DNA of 64,000 bases from Leptogorgia sarmentosa (Eukaryota). The translations under genes and the position numbers were made by a program. This document shows, one piece after another, positions 49,124-61,131 of this stretch; position 1 is the first letter of the stretch, and every line of letters begins with the position of its first letter. The notes beneath the pieces are model-generated. The model did not search any database and was not told the origin of the DNA. It was given only the letters and a program-made list of their open reading frames with translations. Where the stretch lies: the NCBI GenBank assembly GCA_964658305.1, contig OZ210885.1:25048001-25112000 (forward strand), written 5' to 3'.

Positions 49124-50146
49124 TTATATATTATTAACGTCAACAACCAACTTCTCATTGTTGTTGTATGTCAGTTCCACTGCGCCAAGGAGAAGCAAAG
49201 CGTCACTTGCATCATCTAATGAAGAGCACGATATTGGTGGAGATTCGGGCCTGGCAGCGTTGTAGATATTCAGCAACCGTTGAAGGATCTGTTCGAAGAA
49301 GGTCACTGTTACGCGGGATCCATCATCACCAGACACCGAGACCTTACCGCTTACCCGACGACGACATGCAGTGGCCTTCTGACGACTCTTGCAATGTGGA
49401 CAGCTGACTAACGGTGGAATGGACTTGGGCTCTTCGAGGGAAAGGATTTTCTTTCCACAGGTTATACACGCGAGAAATGGGGACAGGAATTCAACTGCGT
49501 CAATGGTGGCTGATTCCATGGTGGTCAGGAACGATGAGACAACGGATCTGTCAACCGGTACATCTTCGAACTTCTGTTCGTCGCTGCATTGAAGAACCAG
49601 GGTCTCCTTTCTCATTGTCAAGTACTTTTATCCACCGTCGCGTATCGTTTCGACCAGCTTGTCCCAGATAGCTATCATTATTGAACCCGTGCTGTCGGAC
49701 AAAATGGCACTTTGCTTCACGAGTGGTTTGCCCTGGTACATCACCTCTTGCGGTACGCCGAGATACGTGATCTTGCCTTCGATGTCTACGATCTCGTTTG
49801 CCTGGACGTCATTCAATTCGTTGACTTGGACTTTGGCGACGTCCGATATTGCGGCATGGTCGAAATTGCACTTTCCATCGCCAATTCGCGTCCGTTTATT
49901 CATTATGACGTCTTCACCGTCCGAGATGCGGCTTCGCTTTACCGTGTAGTTCTCGATTTTACACGGTTGGCAGCTCTCTTCTTTTGCCTTCAGCATTTTG
50001 TGCTTTTCCAGTGAAAAGCACACTGCTCGGACCGTCTCGTCCTTCGTCTGTAATTTCATGTCGAAATATTGACAGTTGGTGTCGCTCCGTTTAACGGGAC
50101 TCACGCTGTGGACGTAGCAATTCAACTCCGTGTTTTTTGGATTCAT
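49124..50146 (-). pseudogene. RPA1-like multi-OB-fold ssDNA-binding protein with C4 zinc ribbon; one frame break
   Basis: CYVHSVSPVK..YFDMKLQT..RAVCFS, LSDSTGSIMIAIWD and CITCGKK..CPHC. Stop/frameshift at about 49625. Confidence 0.8.
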
Positions 50147-52946
50147 CTTCTTCTATCATATGCTGAACAAGTGACGATGGACAGAGTGGACGTATATTTA
50201 TATTCACTTGTCACGTGAGGTTAGGGTTGGACAACCAATCACTATACCTGATAAAAATATCAATTGCCAAGGGTTTCACCATTTTCCCACACTATCAAAA
50301 ATAAACTCTAAAATTTCTCATAGGAACACTGCTGTCATTGACCAAAAATAATGGGTTATAACTCAGTATGTATTTATAGTGCTATTTGATCAGTTATCAT
50401 ATATATATATATATATATATATATTAAATCATATATATATATATATAGGTATATATATAACAGAAATAAAAAACACAAGTTACTTCATCAAATTAGTATT
50501 TCTATTATTAGTGCCATTCCTTCAGCGATACGTTTCAAAATTTAATTTTATTCAATTAGTGAATAATTTTGAAATGAAATAGCAGAAGTACAAATGTATA
50601 CTCATTCTACAGAGGTGATCAAAAAGGGTGCACCTCTAAATATCATATGTTTCGCTAATTATTCAGATTCTGCGCGTCAGTGATACGCGGAAATTTATGA
50701 AATATTATATCGCATTAAATATTATTTGAAATTCAAAGAGACCACTGTATCAGTAAACTTCTATCCACTAGTGATTCGGGTAAACCACATTAACTAGGCG
50801 GTAAGCAAAAACAGTAAAGTTATTTGGCTGCTCTAATTAAATATAACACATATGACACACATATCATTTAGCTGATCATTCTTATTTCTCTCTACACCAA
50901 AAATAGAAAACTATAGATAAAAATGACGCTCCCATATATACTCTATAAAAATAGGTTCTGGGTAAAATCTGTACTATATATATACCATGCAAGTTATTTG
51001 TGTGCTGTAAATAGAACACATATGACACACATATATGTTTAGCCGATCATTCTTATTTTTTGCACATCAAAAATAGAAAACTACAGATAAAAATGTCTTG
51101 ACGCTTCCAGTTCCATATAATTATACTCCATATAAAAAATGCATAGACTGAAAATGGCGCTACTTATATTGATACAAACATATACAGTTATAAAATTAAA
51201 TGTAGGTTACATGGGTGAAATCAGTACCCGATATACACGAATGTTTTTTCGGTGTTACATGATTTATAGCTATATAATTATATTTTGATCAGTTTTTGTG
51301 CAGAATGAATGCACATGAAATTGCACATGATTTAGGAAATCAGGCAATTTCACCAAATAAATTTTCACCAAAGATACTTTAAATATTTTGAAAACTATGA
51401 TAGTTTTTCTATATACTAAGTTCTAAAATGAAAAAAAAATGCGAAAAGATTTTTATATTTTGTTCAAATTTCAAATAAAGATGATCCTGGATCAGAGCTT
51501 TGGACGGCGTTTTAAAATATGAATTCACACTTCAGTATGGGCATTTCAAAGTTCAAGATTTGAAAGTACTCTTCCTCCGATTTCAATGTAGTGATTTTTG
51601 TAGTGATTTTGTATACTTTTGTATTACGTGCGTGAATTGCTAACTAAATTAGTCACTTCATTTCGCACGTAATACAAAAAAATGTATACGAATTTGCCAA
51701 TTTCGCACGGTTATATTTTCAGTATTATACAATATTTCGCACCCAAACTTTGCCATTTTACTAATTTTGGGGTGTTCTTTAAAAATTTTGTCTATTATGC
51801 ATTTGGTCCATTATTAGAGTTTGGGAATAGTTTGTTAATTGTCGACAATTTCCGATTTAGCTATCGTAAAAAGCTCGGAGTGATATCGATAATACTCGAC
51901 TTTCAAAAGCAATTATCACTTGGAATTTGTAAAGGCAAAAGTCGTGTCCTCGTGTTCGAAGTTTCAAACTTTTTTTTGCTGATTTGGTAAGTGAAACATG
52001 AAATCTAGTAGATTTAGCAGTGTGAATTACATCACATTTTGTGCAAAACAGTCTCTTCGGAGATCAAAACAATCACAATTCCCAAAATCTGATGTAATTC
52101 ACATGTCAATAAATTCAGATAATTTTCATTGTCAGCAAAGCCATATGTCTAGACCTTCTGTACGGAAATTAACTAAACAACTGAATGTGAAGCGATATAG
52201 AGACCGTGAACCTTCCAGGTTACCCATAAAGAAGATCCCAGCTAGCACGGACGTTTTCCGAACGTTGTGTCATGGTTGTGGTTTGGTTAGGTTGGACCAA
52301 ACATTCACACAACGTTGTCTAAACGTTATTGGAACGTTCTTTTTTTTCGTAATTCACAAACGTTGGAAGAACGTTGTCGGGACGTTATCTTTGCTCGTTA
52401 TATTGAGATTGAATTACAAATGATACACGATATATTCTTTGAACATTGTCACAACGTTAACAGAACGTTCTCATTTTACGTATTTCACTAACGTTAGTAG
52501 AACGTTGTCAGAACTGGGAAGTGGTATTTTTTGAACGTTGTCACAACGTTATAGGAACGTTAATATTTACGTATTCTACTGACGTTGATAAACGTTCTCA
52601 GAACGTCATGTAAAATCAGATTGAAAATGTGATATATAATGGGACATGAAATGCGTTTCTTCATGTTTATCAGTATCATATTTTATTAGTCACTGAGTTT
52701 TGTTTCCAGAATAATATCGATTGAAAAATGCTATATTTTATCATTATAAAAGTTATGAGAATATTTCAGCTAAAAAGTCGTTTTCAAAACGTTACCGCGT
52801 TGACAGAAAAAGTTTGCCGTTTGGACCACACTTTGCAAGGTAATTTTGATATTGCCTCGAGATTAATTTTTTGAGAATTTAAAATTTAAATTTAAGAAGC
52901 TAGCTTCCAGCATTTATTGATTAAATCGGCAAACCGCGCGTTCCGC

Positions 52947-53825
52947 CATAGGCAGCCCAGTGATTTGGGGTTTTATTTATGTTAACTAAGGTTGAATAGG
53001 GCTATTTCATCATCCTTAGTTGTTTATATGCGTGCGCCGACAATACGGTCACTCGCGTATGTAATTAATAGTTATAATAATTGACAAGGTTGGCAACTAA
53101 ATTCACATTCATATACACATGTCTACACACAATCGAAAAATACACAAAATACATCCAAAAATGCAATAAAGCAATTATAAAATACTAAACTAGGATAATT
53201 TTTCTACATTATCACCAAGTTTGGTAAACATACGTCGCTTCTAAGGCATTTAAAATACGGAATGTTTTTCATATTTTCTTCAAAATTTTCGTGAGACCAT
53301 GCTGGATGCCAGGTCTGCGATATTCAAATGACGAATTCGCAATCATATTGGCTGCTTTCGCAATCTCATTGGCTGCTCGGGAAAATGCGTTGAAGATGCA
53401 CGTTTGTTTTTCCTGAGCAGCCAATGAGTTTGCGAATTCGTCATTTGAATATCGCAGACCTGGCATCCAGCATGGTCTCACAAAAATTTTGAAGAAAATA
53501 TGAAAAACATTCCGTATTTTAAATGCTTTAGAAGCGAAGTATGTTCACCAAACTTGGCAATAATGTAGAAAAATTATCCTAGTTTCGTATTTTGTAATTG
53601 CTTTATTGCATTTTTGGATGTATTTTGTGTATTTTTCGATTGTGTGTTGGCATGTGTATATGAATGTGAATTTAGTTGCCAACCTTGTCAATTATTATAA
53701 CTATTAATTACATAAGCGAGTGACCGTATTGTCGGCGCACGCATATAAACAACTAAGAATGATGAAATAGCCCTATTCAACCTTAGTTAACATAAATAAA
53801 ACCCCAAATCACTGGGCTGCCTATG
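52947..53825. mobile_element. Foldback MITE, P/Galileo-like
   Basis: CATAGG termini, near-perfect arms of about 400 bp, and 7-bp TSD GTTCCGC (52940-52946 and 53826-53832). Confidence 0.88.
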
Positions 53826-54580
53826 GTTCCGCCAATCATATTTGGGTCGACAGTGACGTCATCTTCGACAACGCATCGTGAACACACGTTGTACTCCGTC
53901 ATTTTTATCACACTTCACGAAACGCGTTTGCTGAATGCTGCCAACTCTTCTGGAATTCAACTATTCAAGCCTTTCATCATCTTTATAGTAAGTAAATTTC
54001 CTTCTTTTTGGATCTAAAAATGTTACTCTAGGTTGAGGATTGTGCTAGATTGCATACGATTATTGTATTTGAGTTAAATACTGCAAAAGATCTTATTATG
54101 AGTAGACATTCTAACTAATCTAACACTAACCTATGGTCCTATACAGGTATAGCTAGTTGTATTAAACGGGATTATGGGAGTTTGGTTTGAAAATAACTTT
54201 ATTACTTTATTGACTCAATTACTACTGCGAGTAAAACGTTTTAATTCCTGTGTTAGTAATAGTGAACTCGATATCGGATTTAGCAAATATATATACATAG
54301 ATCTTGTTTATGTTTATATGAGATATCAAAATTCCAAGATGGCTGCCAATTGCCACGTGTGATGGTTTGCCGTCTGTATTTCCACTAGAACACCAGTAAA
54401 TAAATGCTCTGATTCAGCAAGGTTTGAACTGGATTGTAAATAACAATTTGTGATCTGTATTGGGTTATTGAAGATTGTGGTGAACCAGAGTCAGTGAGAG
54501 AATGATGTTAACATTTTTTACAAGAGTATATATAGATTATAGTAGCCTTTTCTTTGGTGGCAAAAATATAACAAAATATA

Positions 54581-54805
54581 ATGTTTGTGTGATGTTACTC
54601 TAAGTGTGTATCCACACCGGGCAGGCTTGAAAAATATGTCTGGCCATGGTGGGATTCGAACCTACGACCTTCCAAAGGTTGTGGGTTTGAATCCCACCGT
54701 GGCCAAGCATATTTTTCAAGCCTGCCCGGTGTGGATACACACTCAGGTAACATCACACAAACATCTTATTCACCTGAGTACATTACACCAACACAGCAAA
54801 TTTTC
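54581..54805. mobile_element. Palindromic tRNA-related retroposed insertion
   Basis: Inverted repeat 54581-54764 containing a B-box-like GGTTCGAATCCC. Flanked by 13-bp direct repeat ATAACAAAATATA (54568-54580 and 54806-54818). Confidence 0.7.
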
Positions 54806-55540
54806 ATAACAAAATATACTTGTAGTTTTAGTAAAAAAAGCTCTTTCTTGACAAGGAAATTTATTTAGTGCCGAGAGAAGTAAAATAACCTGGTGTTACA
54901 CATAACTGACAAAAGTAATAAGATTCATTCATCTGGATAAGATAGAGTAAAATCTAGGGATTCACTAGACTTCACTACGTAATTTGGTCGTATATTGAAA
55001 ACACGTATACGACATTATGACATCACACTAATTTATGCTGCTTATATGCCAAAAGCTCCTGACTAATTGACCGCCTGACATCCACATTCTACTAACAAAC
55101 TGATTAGGTTATTTTACCAGTGCTTACATAGGAAGGGTAATTATAGAGTGAAAATCAGTTGAAAAAAATGTTGTGCAACTTTCTTTCAAAAAAATATTGT
55201 TTTAGCTACTCAGAGTCAGGAAAACATCTACACAATCAAACTGCAATAAGTTAATGATTTGACATTGTTTGCAACTTCCAGTCTGAAAACATGCTGCCTG
55301 TGTGCATATAAAATTTACTTGTTTACAAATTATCAGACAACAGATTGGCTTTGCTTATTTAAGTAAATAAACTGTGGATGGATGTTCATTAATTTAATAG
55401 TCACAGTCACATTCCCTAATTAAAACTTGAGGCTCTCAATAAAATTGTTTAGTATTAGACAATATGTTAACAGAGTAAAGGATTGAGCATTTAAAAATGT
55501 GAAAGTCTAATTGCCAGTGTTTCCATCTATTACAGCCAAA

Positions 55541-57521
55541 ATGAAACGTAAACGTTCTCAGTACCAAAAAAATTGGGTTGCTGCGACTCGAGCTTTGAAA
55601 GCTTCCCATAGCAGAGTGTCAACTACCTATGATAGTGACGAGTCTGATAGCACTTCTGTACATGACACCTTTCCTGGCGTTTATCTAGAATCAGACGTGG
55701 GGCAAAACAATGCAATTGAACAAGTCCAACCTGAAACCAGTAACGAAATTGCAAAACAGGAAAATTTAGTTTTTCAGTATGACAATGGGGTTGACTTGAA
55801 TGCAGTAGGTGACAGCAGTGACAGTGTTAACGAATCATCAGATGAGGATTGTTCACTAGATAGTGTTCTTTCAGACAGATTAGCAAATTGGGCTAGTAAT
55901 TTTCAAGTCAAACAAAATACAGTAGATAGTTTATTGAAGATCGTACAACAATCTGGGCATCCTAACTTGTGTGGCTCGGCTCGTGGGCTGTTAAAGACAG
56001 CTAGGGATGTACCTGTACAACTGAAGTCAGGCATGCAATATATATATTTTCCTATTGCTGAAGCCCTGGTTAAACATTGGAATAGATATCCAAGCAGCGA
56101 CATAGATTCAGCTGAATGCATTAAGATATCCTTAAATATAGATGGCTTGCCTCTTTTCAAAAGTTCATTAGCTTCTTTGTGGCCAGTGCTTTGCTCAATT
56201 GTAAATTTCCATCACATAGCTGTTTTTCCTGTTGTGTTGACATATGGGTCTTCAAAACCTAAAGATTTAGAGTTTCTGGAGGACCTTATTAGGGACCTTT
56301 GTGAGATTTTAGAAAATGGTGTGCAGTGCGGTAATCGAAATGTTAAAGTTTGTATGAGGTGTATAGTTTGTGATGCACCAGCAAGAGCATTTGTGAAAAG
56401 TACCAAGCTGTATTCTGGTTACTTTGGATGTGACAAGTGCTGCCAGAGGGGTATGTGGAGTGGCAGGTTGCTGTTTCCTCTTGTGGACAATGTTGTTCTT
56501 CGTACTGATTTGTCATTTCGTCAGCAGTCCAATCAAGAGCATCACAGGCGTACTAGCCCATTCTGTAGCATTCCCAATATTGATATGGTCAAACAGTTCC
56601 CTATTGACTACATGCATCAGGTTTGCTTAGGAGTGATGAAGAAGCTTCTTTTGCTTTGGATCAGGGGTAAGCGTGAAGTGAGGATGTCAGCTTTGAATGT
56701 AAGCATGATTAGTGAAAGATTGGTTCACCTAAAACCTTACATTCCAGCTAGTTTCGCACAAAAACCATGGTCCCTTAGCAAGATTGATAGGTGGAAGGTA
56801 ACTGAATTTAGACAGTTCCTTCTGTACACAGGCAAAGTTGTCTTAGATGGTATTTTAAGGAGAGATCTTTATGATCACTTTCTGTCATTAAATGTTGCCA
56901 TTTCTATCCTAGTCAGCCCTCATCTTGCGAAAGAACATGCTAGTTTCGCCCATCAGTTATTAGAATACTTTGTGAAGCAAGGTAGTGTCTTGTATGGTGA
57001 TGAATTTGCTGTGTATAATGTGCACTCTTTGATACATTTAGCAGGAGAGGTTGTGGAGCATGGTAACTTAGACAGTTGTAGTGCTTTTGAAGAAATTTGA
57101 AAATTACATGCAAAAGTTAGAGAGATTCCTGCGTTCAGGTACTAACCCAATTGTTCAAATTGCAAAACGATTGAGTGAACTGCCTTGTGGAAAATTCCCG
57201 TCAACTGGGGAAGCGAAGCGAATTGACGTAAAGATTCCCAACAACTCTTTCAGCTTAAATGATGCATCCTGTTGTGAGGTGGTTGAGTGTTCAAGTGAGA
57301 TTGATGAAGATCGAGGAAAAATCTTTCTCTGCAGAGTATATTCCAACACAATCCCCCTTTTTGAGAGTCCGTGCGATTCGCGTATAATTGGTGTCCACCA
57401 CGCAAATCAAAGGCATACAACGATGAAGCTTCTCCCATTTCAGTTGTTGGAAACAAAGGCTATAAAGATTGAGTATGGTCCAGCTAAAATTATTTTCATG
57501 GCTATGTTGCATTTGGTGTAA
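55541..57521 (+). pseudogene. EnSpm transposase, one frameshift near 57090
   Basis: LNIDGLPLFKS, VCDAPARAF, GYFGCDKC, PIDYMHQVCLGV, WKVTEFRQFLLY, YNVHSLIHL and SAF/FENY. Confidence 0.92.
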
Positions 57522-57641
57522 TGGGCGTTTCTCCTCAAATAAGGTATATTTGTAGGTCCATTACAAACACAACGTAATGGGATCAGTGACAATTTTTTGT
57601 GATGTTGTGATATTAATAAACGTTTTCACTTATCTTTTTAG

Positions 57642-60600
57642 ATGAGTACATTTTCAATTGTTGAGTTTTTGGGCGAGGAATCTGTCGAAGCTGTTCCAAC
57701 CATGTGGATCGAAAAGTTGAATGATGTAAGTGGTGAGAAGTTGAGTGAAATTGTGTAGAAAGATAATCATAATTTATAATGAATCTGTTTTTATAACTAT
57801 TTGTTACAGACGTTATATTGCTACTGGCCCAGTATCAATGCAGCAAGGAAGGCAAGAAAATTGGGAATTCCTAACAAAATAACCTGGGGGAAGTTTGAAA
57901 TACGAGTGCTATCACAGACAGGTAAAAACAACAAAAAAACACTGTACGTTTTATTGCTTTTTCTTGGCTAAGACTTGCCTTGACTTGCCTAGTTGTCAAT
58001 ATCATCAATTGCAAAATCAACTTGTTTTCGGCATTAGAGCATTATAAGGCGTACATTTTTTACGGATCAAAAGCTTTGCATTAATAAATTTACATGGTGT
58101 TTCTACAAACAAAACTATTATATTTTCCGTTCACTTCAACTTTTCCCTTTACTTTTCAGGCGATTATAGTGTCGCTGCAGCACGTGCAAAACGGGCTGAG
58201 GAAACGTCCAACATTGAATCGGACAATGATATGAGAGATAATATAAGGAAACGAAAACGAGTCACCATCAATCCACACTTTAGTGAAGGTAATTTTTAAA
58301 CTTCGCAGTAATCATAATTCCCTTAACACTATATCCCAATGTAGTTCCATTATGCTAAATTTTGGACTTGTGTCTTGGCGGAACATGATGTTGAAATTCA
58401 ACATTTTGTTGTATTTTTAACACCAATACTGTATATCTACAGCCTCTGTATCATTTTTAGATGATGTGAGTGATGAATCAACTCCTGAAAAACAACCTAG
58501 AAAACGTGCACCTCCGAAGCTTCCTAATCCCCCTGGATTTTCATCTTCGTGTTCTTGTCAGGCCAAAAATAGCGGTCGATCAAATTTGACACCACAATCC
58601 ACTGTGCAAGAAAATGATACTCTAAGTAATATGCGTAATTCTTCAATGGATTCATCTTCTGCATCTCACCTGTCTGGAAATCCCAGGAACCCAAATCATA
58701 GACTTTCATCTGGTACGCAGGAAAATACTTCAAGTTCACCAGAAAGTATTTTGCCAGAGTCTGTTGAATCCAGTCCTGGTTACTTGAATGCCCTGCAGAC
58801 TGCCTTCTTGCCTGATTTTAATGGTAAGTTGAAAATTAATTAGATGATGCAAGTTCCTAGAGAAAGGATGATTGATTTGTACTAAAAATGAAAAGCTGTT
58901 GAGGCCAACTTACAGATGAGATCAATTGAAAGTGACGGAAAGAATTAGAGCAGTTTCCAGTTGTTTTTGCAAACGTGCACTGTGCCAATTGTTGTGTTTC
59001 TTTTGCCAAATCAAAGGAGCGAACGTGTGATCCAGCCCGATTTCCGGTTCTGAAAGGCCCGTGCGTGCAATTCAGGCTGGTCATTTTCTATTGTTTAACT
59101 GTCCCTTTGCAATGAACGGATTTTTGTTTAATGTAGACATACAAGAATTATTGCAATTTGAATCTGGAATGAATGTGCCAGTGCAAGGAAATGAATCGTC
59201 AGGTATGTAGTTGTTATATCATTTATTGCAAAGTACTATTAATGGGTTATTATTGCGTCCATGATGTTTAAACCAACCATTCCTTGGTGACTCGCATGTT
59301 CAAGAAATAAAGGTTTGTGTGAATAGTTTTAACCCAAATGCATGCATATGAATACACGGTGATAGGTAAAACTAGCGAATGGTGCATTTATACATTTTTG
59401 CTTTTTTCAGCAAGCCAAAGAGTTCCAAACACTCCAACAACTATACTGCCAGGAAGAACGTCTTTACCAACAAGACAAGAACAACAAGAGAGTAAGTAAC
59501 TTGTAAATATAGTGTATCTGACGGAATAGTTTCCCTCTAAACGAACTCTAGTTGATCATATGGGATAGGTTTATTGAAATATCGTCCTTTTTTGTTTTCG
59601 ACATTTTTACAATATGACTCATGAGAATTTTGGCAGTTCAATGAATAAAAGTGGCAGGCTAAAATTTATTTCACCTGCCGAAAAATTTAGATTGGCAGGC
59701 CTTATTTTTCTCTTTGAGCCCTTAACATAGTGCATGTGCAATTGTACGGAGGTTTACTGTACCTTTTTATTAATTTATCTTTCAATACAATTCATAGACT
59801 TTCAAAGGACTGTACTCACAAAATTGGGAACAATAATACAAAAGCAAGAGGATGGGCTTTCCATGCTGCGAATGTTGCTACGTGCAACAAAAGTCGACGG
59901 AAATGACATCCTCGAAGATGTGTTGCCGCAACCTCTCAATAGCACGGAAGCTTTGAGAGAGTTGAATACTCGTCTTGAGGATGATCAGTACAGAAGAAAA
60001 ATGGTAATTATATACATGCACTTAATTTTGTACAAAAACAAACATATAGCTAATACTATATAATATATATTGGGAAATAAAACATATAGCTAATACTCTT
60101 TGTTTGCGGAAACACCACGTAAATTTATTAATGCAAAGCTTTCGATCCGTAATTACTAATATGTTAATCATATTGTTAGCACTGATGAAGATCCGGGCTT
60201 ACGGATCGAAAGCTTTGCAGTAATAAATTTACGCTGTGTTTCCGCAAACAAAAAGTACCGGTATATTATAATTATTTCCTTGTTTATCAGGTGAACTTCA
60301 TGGCTGCAGTATGTGGCCACAGTCTTCCGGAAAGTGTACGGAGGATCATGGCAAAACTGGGGACCAATAAGCTGTGGTCCTTGTACAGTTTCAGAGGAAG
60401 GAAAGGCAAAAGTGCTTTCCGAGACCTCGCCATTTGCAAATTGATAATAAGTAAGTAGCTCAAAAAATATACGAGAGATTTATAATTGTTAATTAACTAA
60501 ATGAATGAATGAATTTAATCTTCGGATAAACGAGGAATACTTTTGCCACGATGGTTATGCAACAGTTGAAAAGGTATTACATTGCTATCGCACAAGGTGG

Positions 60601-61131
60601 TTTTCGGCAACAATTGCGGGAAACTGTGCTTTGCCGTCACAGAGGATGATACACGAGCAAATTTACCTTACGTGACAGTAGTGTAACCATTTTCTCATCA
60701 TTGCATTGCCGTCAGCTGAGAAATATTGCCCGCGTGTATCCGTATCTTAAAGGCCCGTTTACACCGGCGATTTTTGCTGCGATTTTAGGAGCGATTTTCT
60801 ACTTTTGAACGATGTGAAGGAGTTGATCAGTTATAAATGTTCCAAGTTATGAAATCTCGTAACAACTTTGATAAGTAATCTACTCCTTCACATCGTTCAA
60901 AAGGAGAAAATCGCTCCTAAAATCGCAGCAAAAATCGCCGGTGTACGGGCCTTAACGAATAAGGATTTCACTGGCAGCTGTCTTGTTTTTCCCTCCGGAT
61001 TATATCACAGCCTTTATTTTACTAGGGTCCTGCATTAGAGCGCACAAGAAAGTGAGCGAAGTTGATGTCGAGGAACAAATTGGTGAAGTTCTGAAACATG
61101 CACCGCACAGATCTGGAGGTGCAAAGTACAA
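57642..61131 (+). CDS. Multi-exon EnSpm accessory protein (DUF4806-like C-terminus)
   Basis: Exons read MSTFSIVEF..VEAVPTMW, CYWP, RAEETSNIES, LPQPLNSTEAL, VRRIMAKLGTNKLWSLYSFRGRKGK and IGEVLKHAP, separated by GT-AG introns. The final exon is uncertain. Confidence 0.72.
60098..60256 (+). mobile_element. Penelope-like terminal fragment with minimal hammerhead motif (60179-60218)
   Basis: Inverted repeat. GCA-CTGATGA-A-GATCCG-ggctta-CGGATC-GAAA-GC-TT-TGC. A partial related copy lies at about 58060-58115. Confidence 0.65.
60751..60952. mobile_element. Harbinger-type palindromic MITE
   Basis: TAA|AGGCCCGT..ACACCGGCGATTTTTGCTGCG ... CGCAGCAAAAATCGCCGGTGTACGGGCCT|TAA. Confidence 0.88.

Noticed and set aside
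54640..54705. tRNA gene
   Set aside because: Only a T-arm/B-box-like half is present, in inverted duplicate. No full cloverleaf.
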